Below, in pieces: positions 22,280 to 34,100 of a stretch of 64,000 nt of DNA (the stretch's first letter is position 1; each line of letters starts with the position of its first letter). A model generated the notes under the pieces. That model saw only the letters and a list, made by a program, of their open reading frames with translations. It searched no databases and was not told the origin of the DNA. Where the stretch lies: assembly GCF_964355755.1 (NCBI RefSeq), contig NC_092677.1:26213175-26277174 (forward strand), read 5' to 3'. This stretch comes from Antedon mediterranea. Its lineage: Eukaryota; Animalia; Echinodermata. The translations under genes were made by a program, and so were the position numbers.

Positions 22280-23676
22280 TAATGGGCTAATCCTTATGAA
22301 TCATTATTTAATTGTATCTCTGATGTTTCCAATAAAAAGTTTGTTAATGATACGTTATATACACATGCATACGACTGTTTATGTACTAATTCTTTGCAAG
22401 TTAATGATTTTATTAATAAACTCCCCATGGGTAAATCCCCTGGATTTGATGGTTTGAAAGGCGAACACATTAGGTATGCGAGTAAGCGAATTTCTGTAGT
22501 CCACAGTATATGTTTTAATGCCATGATATCTCATGGTCATGTGACAAAAGAGATATCTCATGGTCATGTGACAAAAGAGATATCTAAAGTTGTGCTCATA
22601 CCAATTGTGAAAATAATCTAAAAGAGGGGATATTACAAGTAAAGACAACTACCGTCCTATTGCAATTGCATGCGTGATGTCTAAAGTGTTTGAGTCTATT
22701 TTGGTTTATAATGTGTGGTGATACACTCGAATCAAATGACCGACAGTATGCGTTTAAAAATGGTCATTCAACTGAAACATGTATTTTTATTCTCAAACAG
22801 ACAATCGAATTTTATAATAGAAATGGTAGCCCGATTTATGTCTGTTTTTTAGATGCCTCCAAAGCATTTGATCGTATTAATCATTGGACACTGTACAAGA
22901 AACTGATTAATAGGGGAACCCCCTTATGTGTAGTTAGACTTCTTGTGTCTTGGTATATCAATCAAAGGTTTCATGTTCGGTGTGGAAAGTCATTGTCTAG
23001 AGACTTCCCAGTTACCAATGGTGTTAGACAAGCAACGAGTTATGTCTCCTTTAGTTTTTAATATTTATATGGATGATTTAATTGTCAATCTTAGTATGTC
23101 TCGCAATGGATGCGAATTACACGGTATAAAACTAAACAACCTTAGTTACGCGGATGATATGGTACTTATTGCACCATCTGCCTCTGCATTACAACATCTA
23201 ATTCATATGTGTGAAAAATACTCATTAACGCATGATATATTGTATAACAAGAAAAAATCTGTATGTATGTTATTCTGTCCTACAGTCAGGAATTTGTCAA
23301 AGCTTCCCACTTTAAACTTATTTGAGTCGGAACTTGACTTTGTTAGAGTTTTTAATTACTTGGGTCACACTTTAACACCCGATTTGAAAGATGATACGGA
23401 TACCAAACGACAGTACAGTGCATTAGAGCTAATACACTATGTAGAACTTTCTCAAAATGCTCTAAAAACATAAAGTGTTTTTTGTTTAAAACATATTGTA
23501 GTAACTTATACTGTGCTTCTTTGTGGGCAAATTTTAATGTAAAATCTATGGAAGCACTAAAGGTGTGCTTCAACAATGCCTTACGCCTGCTCCTTAATAA
23601 ACCTAGGTCATGCAGTGCCAGCACCATGTTTGTAGAAAACCACTCTGGTAAATAAATAAAAGATGAATGAATGAAT
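22280..23676 (+). mobile_element. Inner non-LTR retrotransposon (second RTE-X-like family), decayed RT region with its own 3' tail
   Basis: GKSPGFDG, NYRPIA, FLDASKAFDRINHW, NGVRQ, SPLVFNIYMDDL, YADDMVL and YLG motifs across several frameshifts; in-frame 27-bp duplication at ~22527-22585; ends in AATAAATAAA...(TGAA)n. Confidence 0.85.
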
Positions 23677-25082
23677 GTATATATTTATAATATTATAAGA
23701 GCAATATATACGGATGTAAATATTAAAATAAAAACACAACATGGACTAACAAATAGTTTTAAAAGCACCACAGGACTTAAACAAGACTGTCTCCTATCGC
23801 CCATATTATTTATTATGTTTCTTTATGACCTAAAACAATTTTTATTTGAAAATGATTTACATTTCTGTTCAATAGGTACAACAGTTATCTCGCACTTAAT
23901 ATATGCAGATGATCTTATGCTCATGTCATACTCTAAAATCGGAATTCAAAAACAAATAGATCAACTACAGAGATATTGCACAGGAAATAGCCTCACTATC
24001 AATAATGCAAAATCAAAAATAATGGTTTTCAGAAAAGGAGGAAAAATAAGTAACGATGATACATTTTCGCTAATTGGAAATGATATAGAAATTGTAAATA
24101 ATTTTAAATATTTAGGTTTCACCATTAACAGCCAAGGTAAATGGAACACCATGGAAAAAGTTACAACAGACAAGACAAAAAGAGCCATGTTTAATTTATG
24201 AAGGAAATTGAAAATATCCATCTTTAGCATTGTAAATATACATTAAATGTCCAACAGTCGTGTCCCAACGAGGCGGCCAGAGGTGAATTAGGCCATATCC
24301 AATTAAAGTATTACAGACATATTAGAATGATAAGTTACTGGATTAAAATATTAATGATGGAAGACACAAGACTACCAAAAATATGCCTTCTTCAACAGAA
24401 GACCTGGGCCGAGAAGGGAAGCGACTGCTGGGCACTCAATGTTAAATATATTCTTAATTATTACGGATTTAATTATATTTTTTGTTTAAATGATATAAAT
24501 AATAATTTCGTACACAAATACAGCTGTAAAGCTGTATACGATACAGCTTTACAGAACGGAAGAGAAAGTCTCCAACAAAACCCACGTTTGCGATTTTATA
24601 ATTATTTTAAAGCTGATTATGTTACAGAAGACTATTTACATGATTTAAATTTTAAGTTCAGGACACTTTTATCAAGATTTCGTTTATCAACACATAATTT
24701 ATTTAATGAGAAGAGAAGAAATCTTAAAATAATTAGAGAAAATAGAATCTGTTTATTTTGTAATACTGGTGAAATTGAAGACGAATTGCATTTTTTGTTT
24801 AGCTGCCCTTTATATATCAATCTGAGACAGAAATACATTAAGATAAAAAATCATAATATATATACTTATTTGAATTATGTATTTAGAAATAAAAGAGAAT
24901 TAAGACTGTTTGTTATATACATTGAAAAAGTATTAACTTAAGGAATGACCAAATCAAAAGAAATAATTTTATTTTAACGTTTTAGAAAATGCTTTAGTTT
25001 AAGAAACGACCGCCTAAATATTGATTCATGTTATGTAATATGGGCCGAAGGCCAAATTACGAAATAAAGAAAGAAAGAAAGA
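23677..25082 (+). mobile_element. Outer LINE, 3' segment: RT C-terminal part, CCHC zinc-finger region, 3' UTR and (AAAG)n tail
   Basis: GLKQDCLLSPILF, YADDLML, FKYLG, ARGELG, RFRLSTHNL, CLFC...EDELHFLFSCPLY; tail AAATAAAGAAAGAAAGAAAGA at ~25062-25082; stops and deletions are present. Confidence 0.85.
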
Positions 25083-26437
25083 TATCTGAGTGCTTGTATA
25101 TACATTTGCACATGCTCAGATCGTTTTTTGTGTTTCTGCCTAAGTCAGCTGTGTGACTTAGGCAATTAAGAAGAGGAGACTCAGGATTTTTTAATTCTTT
25201 CTCTTTTATTGCTACTTTCCTTTTCTAAAATCATCAGTGTTAATTTTAATCTGAAGAGCTGATGCTATTAAATTTTGTTACTTAAAGGTAGCTTTTTTTT
25301 GTATATAGATGATATCGACAGCCTCATAACAAAAGTGTCTAAGTCATAATTTGTTTTTTGTTTTTCTGCCGAACTCACTGCTTATATCAATATACTATAT
25401 TTTTTTGTGTTTATTAAGGAGAGCTGACTTATGATCTGCCTAACTCACTGCTTATATCATTATACTGCCCTCTGTACATTATCTGAGACTTTTTATATAC
25501 ATTTGCACATGCTCAGATCGTTCTTTTGTGTTTCTGCCTAAGTCAGCTGTGTGACTTAGGCAATTAAGGAGAGGAGACTCACGATTTTTTAAATAAAATG
25601 TGAAATACATTTTTATAGTATATTTTTTAACCCATTTGTTACAAATTCTTTCTCTTTTATTGCTACTTACCTTTTCTAAAATCATCAGTGTTAATTTTAA
25701 TCTGAAGAGCTAATGCTATTAAAATTTGTTACTTAAAGGTAGCATTTTTTATATATAGATGATATCGACAGCCTCATAACAAAAGTATCTAAGTCATAAT
25801 TTTTGTTTCTGTTTTTCTGCCTAACTCACTGCTTATATCAATATACTGTATTTGTTGTGTTTTTGCCTAAGTCACACAGCTGACTTGGGAGAGCTGACTT
25901 ATGATCTGCCTAACTCACTGCTTATATCAATATACTATATTTTTTGTGTTTCTGCCTAAGTCAGCCGTGTGACTTAGGCAATTAAGGAGAGCTGACTTTT
26001 GATCTGCCTAACTCACTGCTTATATCATTATACTGCCCTGTGTACATTATCTGCGTGCTTTTATATACATTTGCACATTCTCAGATTGTCTTTTTTGTGT
26101 TTCTGCCCTAGTCAGCTGTGTGACTTAGGCTATTAAGGGGAGGAGACTCATGATTTTTTCAACAAAATAAGAAATACATTTCTGCCTAACTCACTGCTTA
26201 TATCAATATACTATATTTGTTTGTGTTTCTGCCCAAGTCAGCTGTCTGACTTAGGCAAGTAAGGAGAGCTGACTAATGATCTGCCTAACTCACTGCTTAT
26301 ATCATTATACTATATTTTTTGTGTTTCTGCCTAAGTCAGCTGTGTGACTTAGGCAATTAAGGAGAGCTGACTTACGATCTGCGTAACTACCTTGTTATAT
26401 CATTATACTGCCCTCTGTAAATTATCTGAGTGCTTTT
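25083..26437 (-). repeat. Satellite array, minus orientation, more degenerate monomers
   Basis: Reverse complement of the 28.1-64 kb monomers (CTGCCTAAGTCAGCTGTGTGACTTAGGCAATTAAGGAGAGCTGACTTATGATCTGCCTAACTCACTGC) with several internal deletions. Confidence 0.95.
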
Positions 26438-27012
26438 TAGTCGCGTGGAAGCGACTCTATAGTTCACTATGTCGGTCGGTCGGTCTGTCTGTCTGTCTGT
26501 CTGTCGGTCTGTCTGTCGGTGTGTCTGTCGGTCTGTCTGTCGGTCTGTCTGTCTGTCTGTCTGTCGGTCCGGTATCACTATGCGTTTTATCGCTTTATGA
26601 CCTTATCTTGATATCAGTTTAATCTAGCTAAGTCAATTTTTCACAGAATATTCCTTATGGCCAGGAATCGCTGTGGTTATGTTTTCACGGTGCGCAATAA
26701 AAAATTACGCGGTCTACGCACGATTTAACGAAATCACGTTTGTAATCATATCTTAACAACCATGAATCACAATTAAATAAAATTTGGTACTCATAAATTT
26801 CAGGGCATAAATCATCATATGGCAATACAATTACGTGCGTAGCGCATGTAACGCATGCGTACGCGCGCTTAAAATTTTTAAAATTTATTTTCGATGAAAT
26901 AAGAGTACGTTTCAGGCAATTTTAAGCGTTTACAAAATTGCCATGAGTGCGCAGATTTTTGCGCTAAATGTTATTGCGCACTCTTTTTGCCCTATTTCTA
27001 TTTTTTTTATAT
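26434..27012 (+). mobile_element. DINE-1/HINE-like non-autonomous Helentron derivative, 3'-truncated
   Basis: Starts in a T run (TTTTT|AGTCGCGTGGAAGCGACT short inverted repeat), followed by a (GTCG/GTCT)n microsatellite at ~26471-26572, the DINE-1/HINE 5' layout. I see no matching 3' sub-TIR or stem-loop. Confidence 0.7.
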
Positions 27013-27015
27013 GAG

Positions 27016-27704
27016 TTAATCTCCAAGTAGCACACCGTTGTGTACTCGACGTTCAAATTCTTCGCAAATTAAACTATTTTCAAAAATAAGAGAGTCGTGC
27101 ATGGACCCTTGCCATCTAGCCACAATGTCTCTAATCATTAGACGATGGTCACCTATAACTTGGACATTTATAGAAAAATATCCCTTTCTGTTCCGAAATA
27201 GTTCGGCTTCCTGTCCACCTGGACAAGGTATCCGTACGTGCGTGCAGTCGATACATCCGATTACATTAGGGAAACCAGCAATCGCCCTAAATCCTTGTTG
27301 AACAATATCTCTGCCATCACCCGTTGGAAACACAATCAACCTTCTATTCTCCTGTGCTAAAGCTCGAGAAACTTTTGCGATTATTCTGGAAAGGGTATAG
27401 GTTGCGATATGTTTTTTGCATCCCCGTGCATTAACTGAAATGTTCCAGTAGCAAAATAGCGTAGGGCTACGCAAACCTCTAACAACGGTGGTATTGTTGG
27501 GTGACCACCACCTCCTCTTGTATCCTTACGTAAATCAAGAATTCCTAACAATTCAACAATAATCTCTTTAGAAACCCGCTACCTTTGGACGAATTGGGAA
27601 TCGTCATAATCAAATAGGGGGTTTGAACGATCTCTTATTACTTCAATTTCACGATAATTTAAGCGATCATATCGCTGAACACGGGCGTTGAATTGCCTCG
27701 CCAT
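27016..27704 (-). pseudogene. PIF/Harbinger DDE transposase (HARBI1-like), disrupted and 3'-truncated
   Basis: From ATG 27704: ...FVQR*RVSKE (in-frame TAG)...VALRYFATGTFQ, a frameshift near 27400, then GFPNVIGCIDCTHVRI, FRNRKGYFSINVQ, ARWQGSMHDS, VLLGD, then truncation. Confidence 0.88.
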
Positions 27705-28130
27705 GGTTATTAAAAATGGCGGATCAAAATAAAGTCCAACTTAACCAAGTTAAGTCGGACTTCAACATTACAAAAAAAGCCATTTATGACACGGTGTTAA
27801 AAAACCCCAATTTGCTTTATCAAAATAAATATAAAATAATATTGTAATGAGCTAATAAAAAACTAGACATTTCATAATTCAAAATGCAACAAAAGTGATA
27901 CGTTTATTCACGACACCTTTTTTATAAACATCGTTTAAAAACCATTTAGTCGACCATTTAGTCTGCCCCATCCAGGACTAAAAAAATCGATCAAAATTCG
28001 TCTCGATTTAGTCGAGGTTGGCCTGAATTAGTCGGCGATTTAGTTGTAGTTCGGTTTATGAATTAAAATGACGTCATTTTTAAAGTTTTAGCTCGAACTA
28101 CGACTAAAATCCGGTTTAAGAATACGGGCG
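27016..28130 (-). mobile_element. PIF/Harbinger DNA transposon remnant with one intact end
   Basis: Terminus ...TTTAAGAATACGGGCG|TAA (GCCCGTATTC-type TIR followed by a TAA target), clustered TTAGTCG subterminal motifs at ~27945-28110, and the transposase pseudogene. The other end is missing. Confidence 0.8.
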
Positions 28131-31100
28131 TAAGTCACATAGCTGAGTTACGCAGAAACACAAAAAAAAACGATCTGAGCATGTGCAAATATATATAAAA
28201 GCACTCAGATAATATACAGAGGGCAGTATAATGATATAAGCAGTGAGTTAGGCAGATGATAAGTCAGCTCTCCTTAATTGCCTAAGTCACACAGCTGATT
28301 TGGGCAGAAACACAAACAATATAGTATATTAATATATGCAGTGAGTTAGGCAGAAAAAAAAATTATGTCTTAGACACTTTTGCTTTGAGGCTGTCGATAT
28401 CATCTATATACAAAAAATGCTACCTTTAAGTAACACAATTTAATAGCATCAGCTCTTCAGATTAAAATTAACACTGATGAATTTAGAAAAGGAATTAAGT
28501 AGCAATAAAAGAGAATGAATTTGTAACCAATGGGTTAAAAAATATACTATAAAAATGTATTCATTATTTTATTAAAAAAATCATGAGACTCCTCTCCTTT
28601 ATTGCCTAAGTCACACAGCCGACTTAGGCAGAAACACAAAAAACGGTCTGAGCATGTGCAAATGTATATAAAAGCACTCAGATAATGTACAGAGGGCAGT
28701 ATAATGATATAAGCAGTGAGTTAGGCAGATCATAAGTCAGCTCTCCTTAATTGCCTAAGTCACACAGCTGACTTAAGCAGAAACACAAAAAATATAGTAT
28801 ATTGATATAAGCAGTGAGTTAGGCAGATCATAAGTCAGCTCTCCTTAATTGCCTAAGTCACACAGCTGACTTGGCAGAAACACAAAAAATATAGTATATT
28901 TTTATAAGCAGTGAGTTAGGCAGAAAAACAAAAACAAATTATGTCTTAGATACTTTTGTTATGAGGCTGTCGATATCATCTATATATAAAAAATGCTACC
29001 TTTAAATAACAAAATTTGATAGCATCAGCTCTTCAGAATAAAATTAACACTGATAAATTTAGAAAAGGAAAGTAGCAATAAAAGAGAAAGAATTTGTAAC
29101 AAATGGGTTAAAAACACACCATAAAAATGTATTTCTTATTTTATTAAACAGCTGACTTAGGCAGAAACACAAAAAATATAGTATATTGATATAAGCAGAG
29201 AGTTATGCAGATCATAAGTCAGCTCTCCTTAATTGCCTAAGTCACAAAGCTGACTTAGGCAGAAACACACAAAATAAAGTATATTGATATAAGCAGTCGG
29301 TTAGGCAGATCATAAGTCAGCTCTCCTTAATTGCCTAAGTCACACAGCTGACTTGGGCCGAAACACAAAAAATGTAGTATATTGATATAAGCAGTGAGTT
29401 AGGCAGAAAAAAAATTATAACTTAGACACTTTTGTTATGAGGCTGTCGATATCATATATATACAAAAAATGCTACCTTTAAGTAACAAAATTTAATAGCA
29501 TCAGCTCTTCAGATTAAAATTAAAACTGATGGTTTAAAAAAAAAGAAAGTAGCAATAAAAGCGAAAGAATTTGTAACAAATAGGTTAAAAAATATACTAT
29601 AAAAATGTATTTCTTATTTTATTTTAAAAATCATCAGTATTGCCTAAGTCACACAGCTGACTTACGCAGAAACACACAAAAACGATCTGAGCATGTGCAA
29701 ATATATATAAAAGCACTCAGATAATATACAGAGGGCAGTATAATGATATAAGCAGTGAGTTAGGCAGATGATAAGTCAGCTCTCCTTAATTGCCTAAGTC
29801 ACACAGCTGACTTACGCAGAAACACAAAAAAAACGATCTGAGCATGTGCAAATATATATAAAAGCACTCAGATAATATACAGAGGGCAGTATAATGATAT
29901 AAGCAGTGAGTTAGGCAGATCGTAAGTCAGCTCTCCTTAATTGCCTAAGTCACATAGCTGACTTACGCAGAAACACAAAAAACGATCTGAGCATGTGCAA
30001 ATATATATAAAAGCACTCAGATAATATACAGAGGGCAGTATAATGATATAAGCAGTGAGTTAGGCAGATCATAAGTCAGCTCTCCTTAATTGCCTAAGTC
30101 ACACAGCTGACTTACGCAGAAACACAAAAAAACGATCTGAGCATGTGCAAATATATATAAAAGCACTCAGATAATATACAGAGGGCAGTATAATGATATA
30201 AGCAGTGAGTTAGGCAGATCATAAGTCATGTCTCCTTAATTGCCTAAGTCACACAGCTGACTTAGGCAGAAACACAAACATTATAGTATATTGATATAAG
30301 CAGTGAGTTAGGCAGAAAAACAAAACACAAATTATGACTTAAATACTTTTGTTATGAGGCTGTCGATATCATCTATATAAAAAAATGCTACCTTTAAATA
30401 ACAAAATTGAATAGCATTAGCTTTTCAGATTAAAATTAACACTGATGGTTTTAGAAAAGGAAAGTAGCAATAAAAGCGAAAGAATTTGTAACAAATGGGT
30501 TAAAAAATATACTATAAAAATTTATTTCTTATTTTATTTAAAAAATCATCAGTCTCCTCTCCTTAATTGCCTAAGTCACACAGCTGACTTAGGCAGAAAC
30601 ACAAAAAACGATCTGAGCATGAGCAAATGTATATAAAAGCACTCAGATAATGTACAGAGGGCAGTATAATGATATAAGCAGTGAGTTAGGCAGACCATAA
30701 GTCAGCTCTCCTAATTGCCTAAGTCACACAGCTGACTTAGGCAGAAACACAAAAAATATAGTATATTGATATAAGCAGTGAGTTAGGTAGAAAATCAAAA
30801 CACAAATTAGGACTTAGACACTTTTGTTATGAGGCTGTCAATATTATCTATATACAAAAAATGCTACATTTAAGTAACAAAATTTAATAGCATTAGCTCT
30901 TCAGATTAAAATTAACACTGATGGTTTTAGAAAAGGAAAGTAGCAATAAAAGCGAATGAATTTGTAACAAATGAGTTAAAAAATATACTATAAAAATGTA
31001 TTTCTTATTTTATTTTAAAAATTATCAGTATTGCCTAAGTCACACAGCTGACTTACGCAGAAACACACAAAAACGATCTGAGCATGTGCAAATATATATA

Positions 31101-34100
31101 AAAGCACTCAGATAATATACAGATGGCAGTATAATGATATAAGCAGTGAGTTAGGCAGATGATAAGTCAGCTCTCCTTAATTGCCTAAGTCACACAGCTG
31201 ACTTACGCAGAAACAAAAAAAACGATCTGAGCATGTGCAAATATATATAAAAGCACTCAAATAATATACAGAGGGCAGTATAATGATATAAGCAGTGAGT
31301 TAGGCAGATCATAAGTCAGCTCTCCTTAATTGCCTAAGTCACATAGCTGACTTACGCAGAAACACAAAAAAACGATCTGAGCATGTGCAAATATATATAA
31401 AAGCACTCAGATAATATACAGAGGGCAGTATAATGATATAAGCAGTGAGTTAGGCAGATCATAAGTCAGCTCTCCTTAATTGCCTAAGTCACACAGCTGA
31501 CTTACGCAGAAACACAAAAAAACGATCTGAGCATGTGCAAATATATATAAAAGCACTCAGATAATATACAGAGGGCAGTATAATAATATAAGCAGTGAGT
31601 TAGGCAGATCATAAGTCAGCTCTCCTTAATTGCCTAAGTCACACAGCTGACTTACGCAGAAACACAAAAAAACGATCTGAGCATGTGCAAATATATATAA
31701 AAGCACTCAGATAATATACAGAGGGCAGTATAATGATATAAGCAGTGAGTTAGGCAGATCATAAGTCAGCTCTCCTTAATTGCCTAAGTTACACAGCTGA
31801 CTTAGGCAGAAACACAAACATTATAGTATATTGATATAAGCAGTGAGTTAGGCAGATCATAAGTCAGCTCTCCTTAATTGCCTAAGTCACACAGCTGACT
31901 TAGGCAGAAACACAAAAAACGATCTGAGCATGTGCAAATGTATATAAAAGCACTCAGATAATGTACAGAGGGCAGTATAATGATACAAGCAGTGAGTTAG
32001 GCAGATCATAAATCAGCTCTCCTTAATTGCCTAAGTCACACAGCTGACTTAGGCAGAAACACAAAAAATATAGTATTTTGATATAAGCAGTGAGTTAGGC
32101 AGAAAAACAAAACACAAATTATGACTTAAATACTTTTGTTATGAGGCTGTCGATATCATCTATATAAAAAAATGCTACCTTTAAGTAACAAAATTGAATA
32201 GCATTAGCTTTTCAGATTAAAATTAACACTGACGGTTTTAGAAAAGGAAAGTAGCAATAAAAGCGAAAGAATTTGTAACAAATGGGTTAAAAAATATACT
32301 ATAAAAATGTATTTCTTATTTTATTTGAAAAATCATCAGTATTGCCTAAGTCACACAGCTGACTTACGCAGAAACACACAAAAACGATCTGAGCATGTGC
32401 AAATATATATAAAAGCACTCAGATAATATACAGAGGGCAGTATAATGATATAAGCAGTGAGTTAGGCAGATGATAAGTCAGCTCTCCTTAATTGCCTAAG
32501 TCACACAGCTGACTTACGCAGAAACACAAAAAAACGATCTGAGCATGTGCAAATATATATAAAAGCACTCAGATAATATACAGAGGGCAGTATAATGATA
32601 TAAGCAGTGAGTTAGGCAGATCATAAGTCAGCTCTCCTTAATTGCCTAAGTCACACAGCTGACTTACGCAGAAACACACAAAAACGATCTGAGCATGTGC
32701 AAATATATATAAAAGCACTCAGATAATATACAGAGGGCAGTATAATGATATAAGCAGTGAGTTAGGCAGATGATAAGTCAGCTCTCCTTAATTGCCTAAG
32801 TCACACAGCTGACTTACGCAGAAACACAAAAAAACGATCTGAGCATGTGCAAATATATATAAAAGCACTCAGATAATATACAGAGGGCAGTATAATGATA
32901 TAAGCAGTGAGTTAGGCAGATCGTAAGTCAGCTCTCCTTAATTGCCTAAGTCACATAGCTGACTTACGCAGAAACACAAACATTATAGTATATTGATATA
33001 AGCAGTGAGTTAGGCAGAAAAACAAAACACAAATTATGACTTAAATACTTTTGTTATGAGGCTGTCGATATCATCTATATAAAAAAATGCTACCTTTAAA
33101 TAACAAAATTGAATAGCATTAGCTTTTCAGATTAAAATTAACACTGATGGTTTTAGAAAAGGAAAGTAGCAATAAAAGCGAAAGAATTTGTAACAAATGG
33201 GTTAAAAATATACTATAAAAATTTATTTCTTATTTTATTAAAAAAATCATCAGTCTCCTCTCCTTAATTGCCTAAGTCACACAGCTGACTTAGGCAGAAA
33301 CACAAAAAACGATCTGAGCATGAGCAAATGTATATAAAAGCACTCAGATAATGTACAGAGGGCAGTATAATGATATAAGCAGTGAGTTAGGCAGACCATA
33401 AGTCAGCTCTCCTAATTGCCTAAGTCACACAGCTGACTTAGGCAGAAACACAAAAAATATAGTATATTGATATAAGCAGTGAGTTAGGTAGAAAATCAAA
33501 ACACAAATTAGGACTTATACACTTTTGTTATGAGGCTGTCAATATTATCTATATACAAAAAATGCTACATTTAAGTAACAAAATTTAATAGCATTAGCTC
33601 TTCAGATTAAAATTAACACTGATGGTTTTAGAGAAGGAAAGTAGCAATAAAAGCGAAAGAATTTGTAACAAATGGGTTAAAAAATATACTATAAAAATGT
33701 ATTTCTTATTTTATTTTAAAAATTATCAGTATTGCCTAAGTCACACAGCTGATTTACGCAGAAACACACAAAAACGATCTGAGCATGTGCAAATATATAT
33801 AAAAGCACTCAGATAATATACAGATGGCAGTATAATGATATAAGCAGTGAGTTAGGCAGATGATAAGTCAGCTCTCCTTAATTGCCTAAGTCACACAGCT
33901 GACTTACGCAGAAACAAAAAAAATGATCTGAGCATGTGCAAATATATATAAAAGCACTCAAATAATATAAAGAGGGCAGTATAATGATATAAGCAGTGAG
34001 TTAGGCAGATCATAAGTCAGCTCTCCTTAATTGCCTAAGTCACATAGCTGACTTACGCAGAAACACAAAAAAACGATCTGAGCATGTGCAAATATATATA

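Noticed and set aside
21147-24941. A single intact LINE ORF2 or an active retroelement
   Set aside because: Two separate YADD-containing RT segments, an internal tail, and multiple frameshifts and deletions indicate two decayed elements.
26387-26622. QTDR-repeat and SVCL-repeat ORFs
   Set aside because: Translations of the (GTCT/GTCG)n microsatellite of the HINE-like element.
25083-27012. Satellite as the internal tandem array of the HINE (DINE-TR-like origin)
   Set aside because: The satellite lies outside the element's 5' end, and the element interrupts a monomer at a T run, so it inserted into a pre-existing array.
27016-27704. Domesticated HARBI1 host gene
   Set aside because: An in-frame stop, a frameshift, truncation and an adjacent TIR indicate a dead transposon copy.
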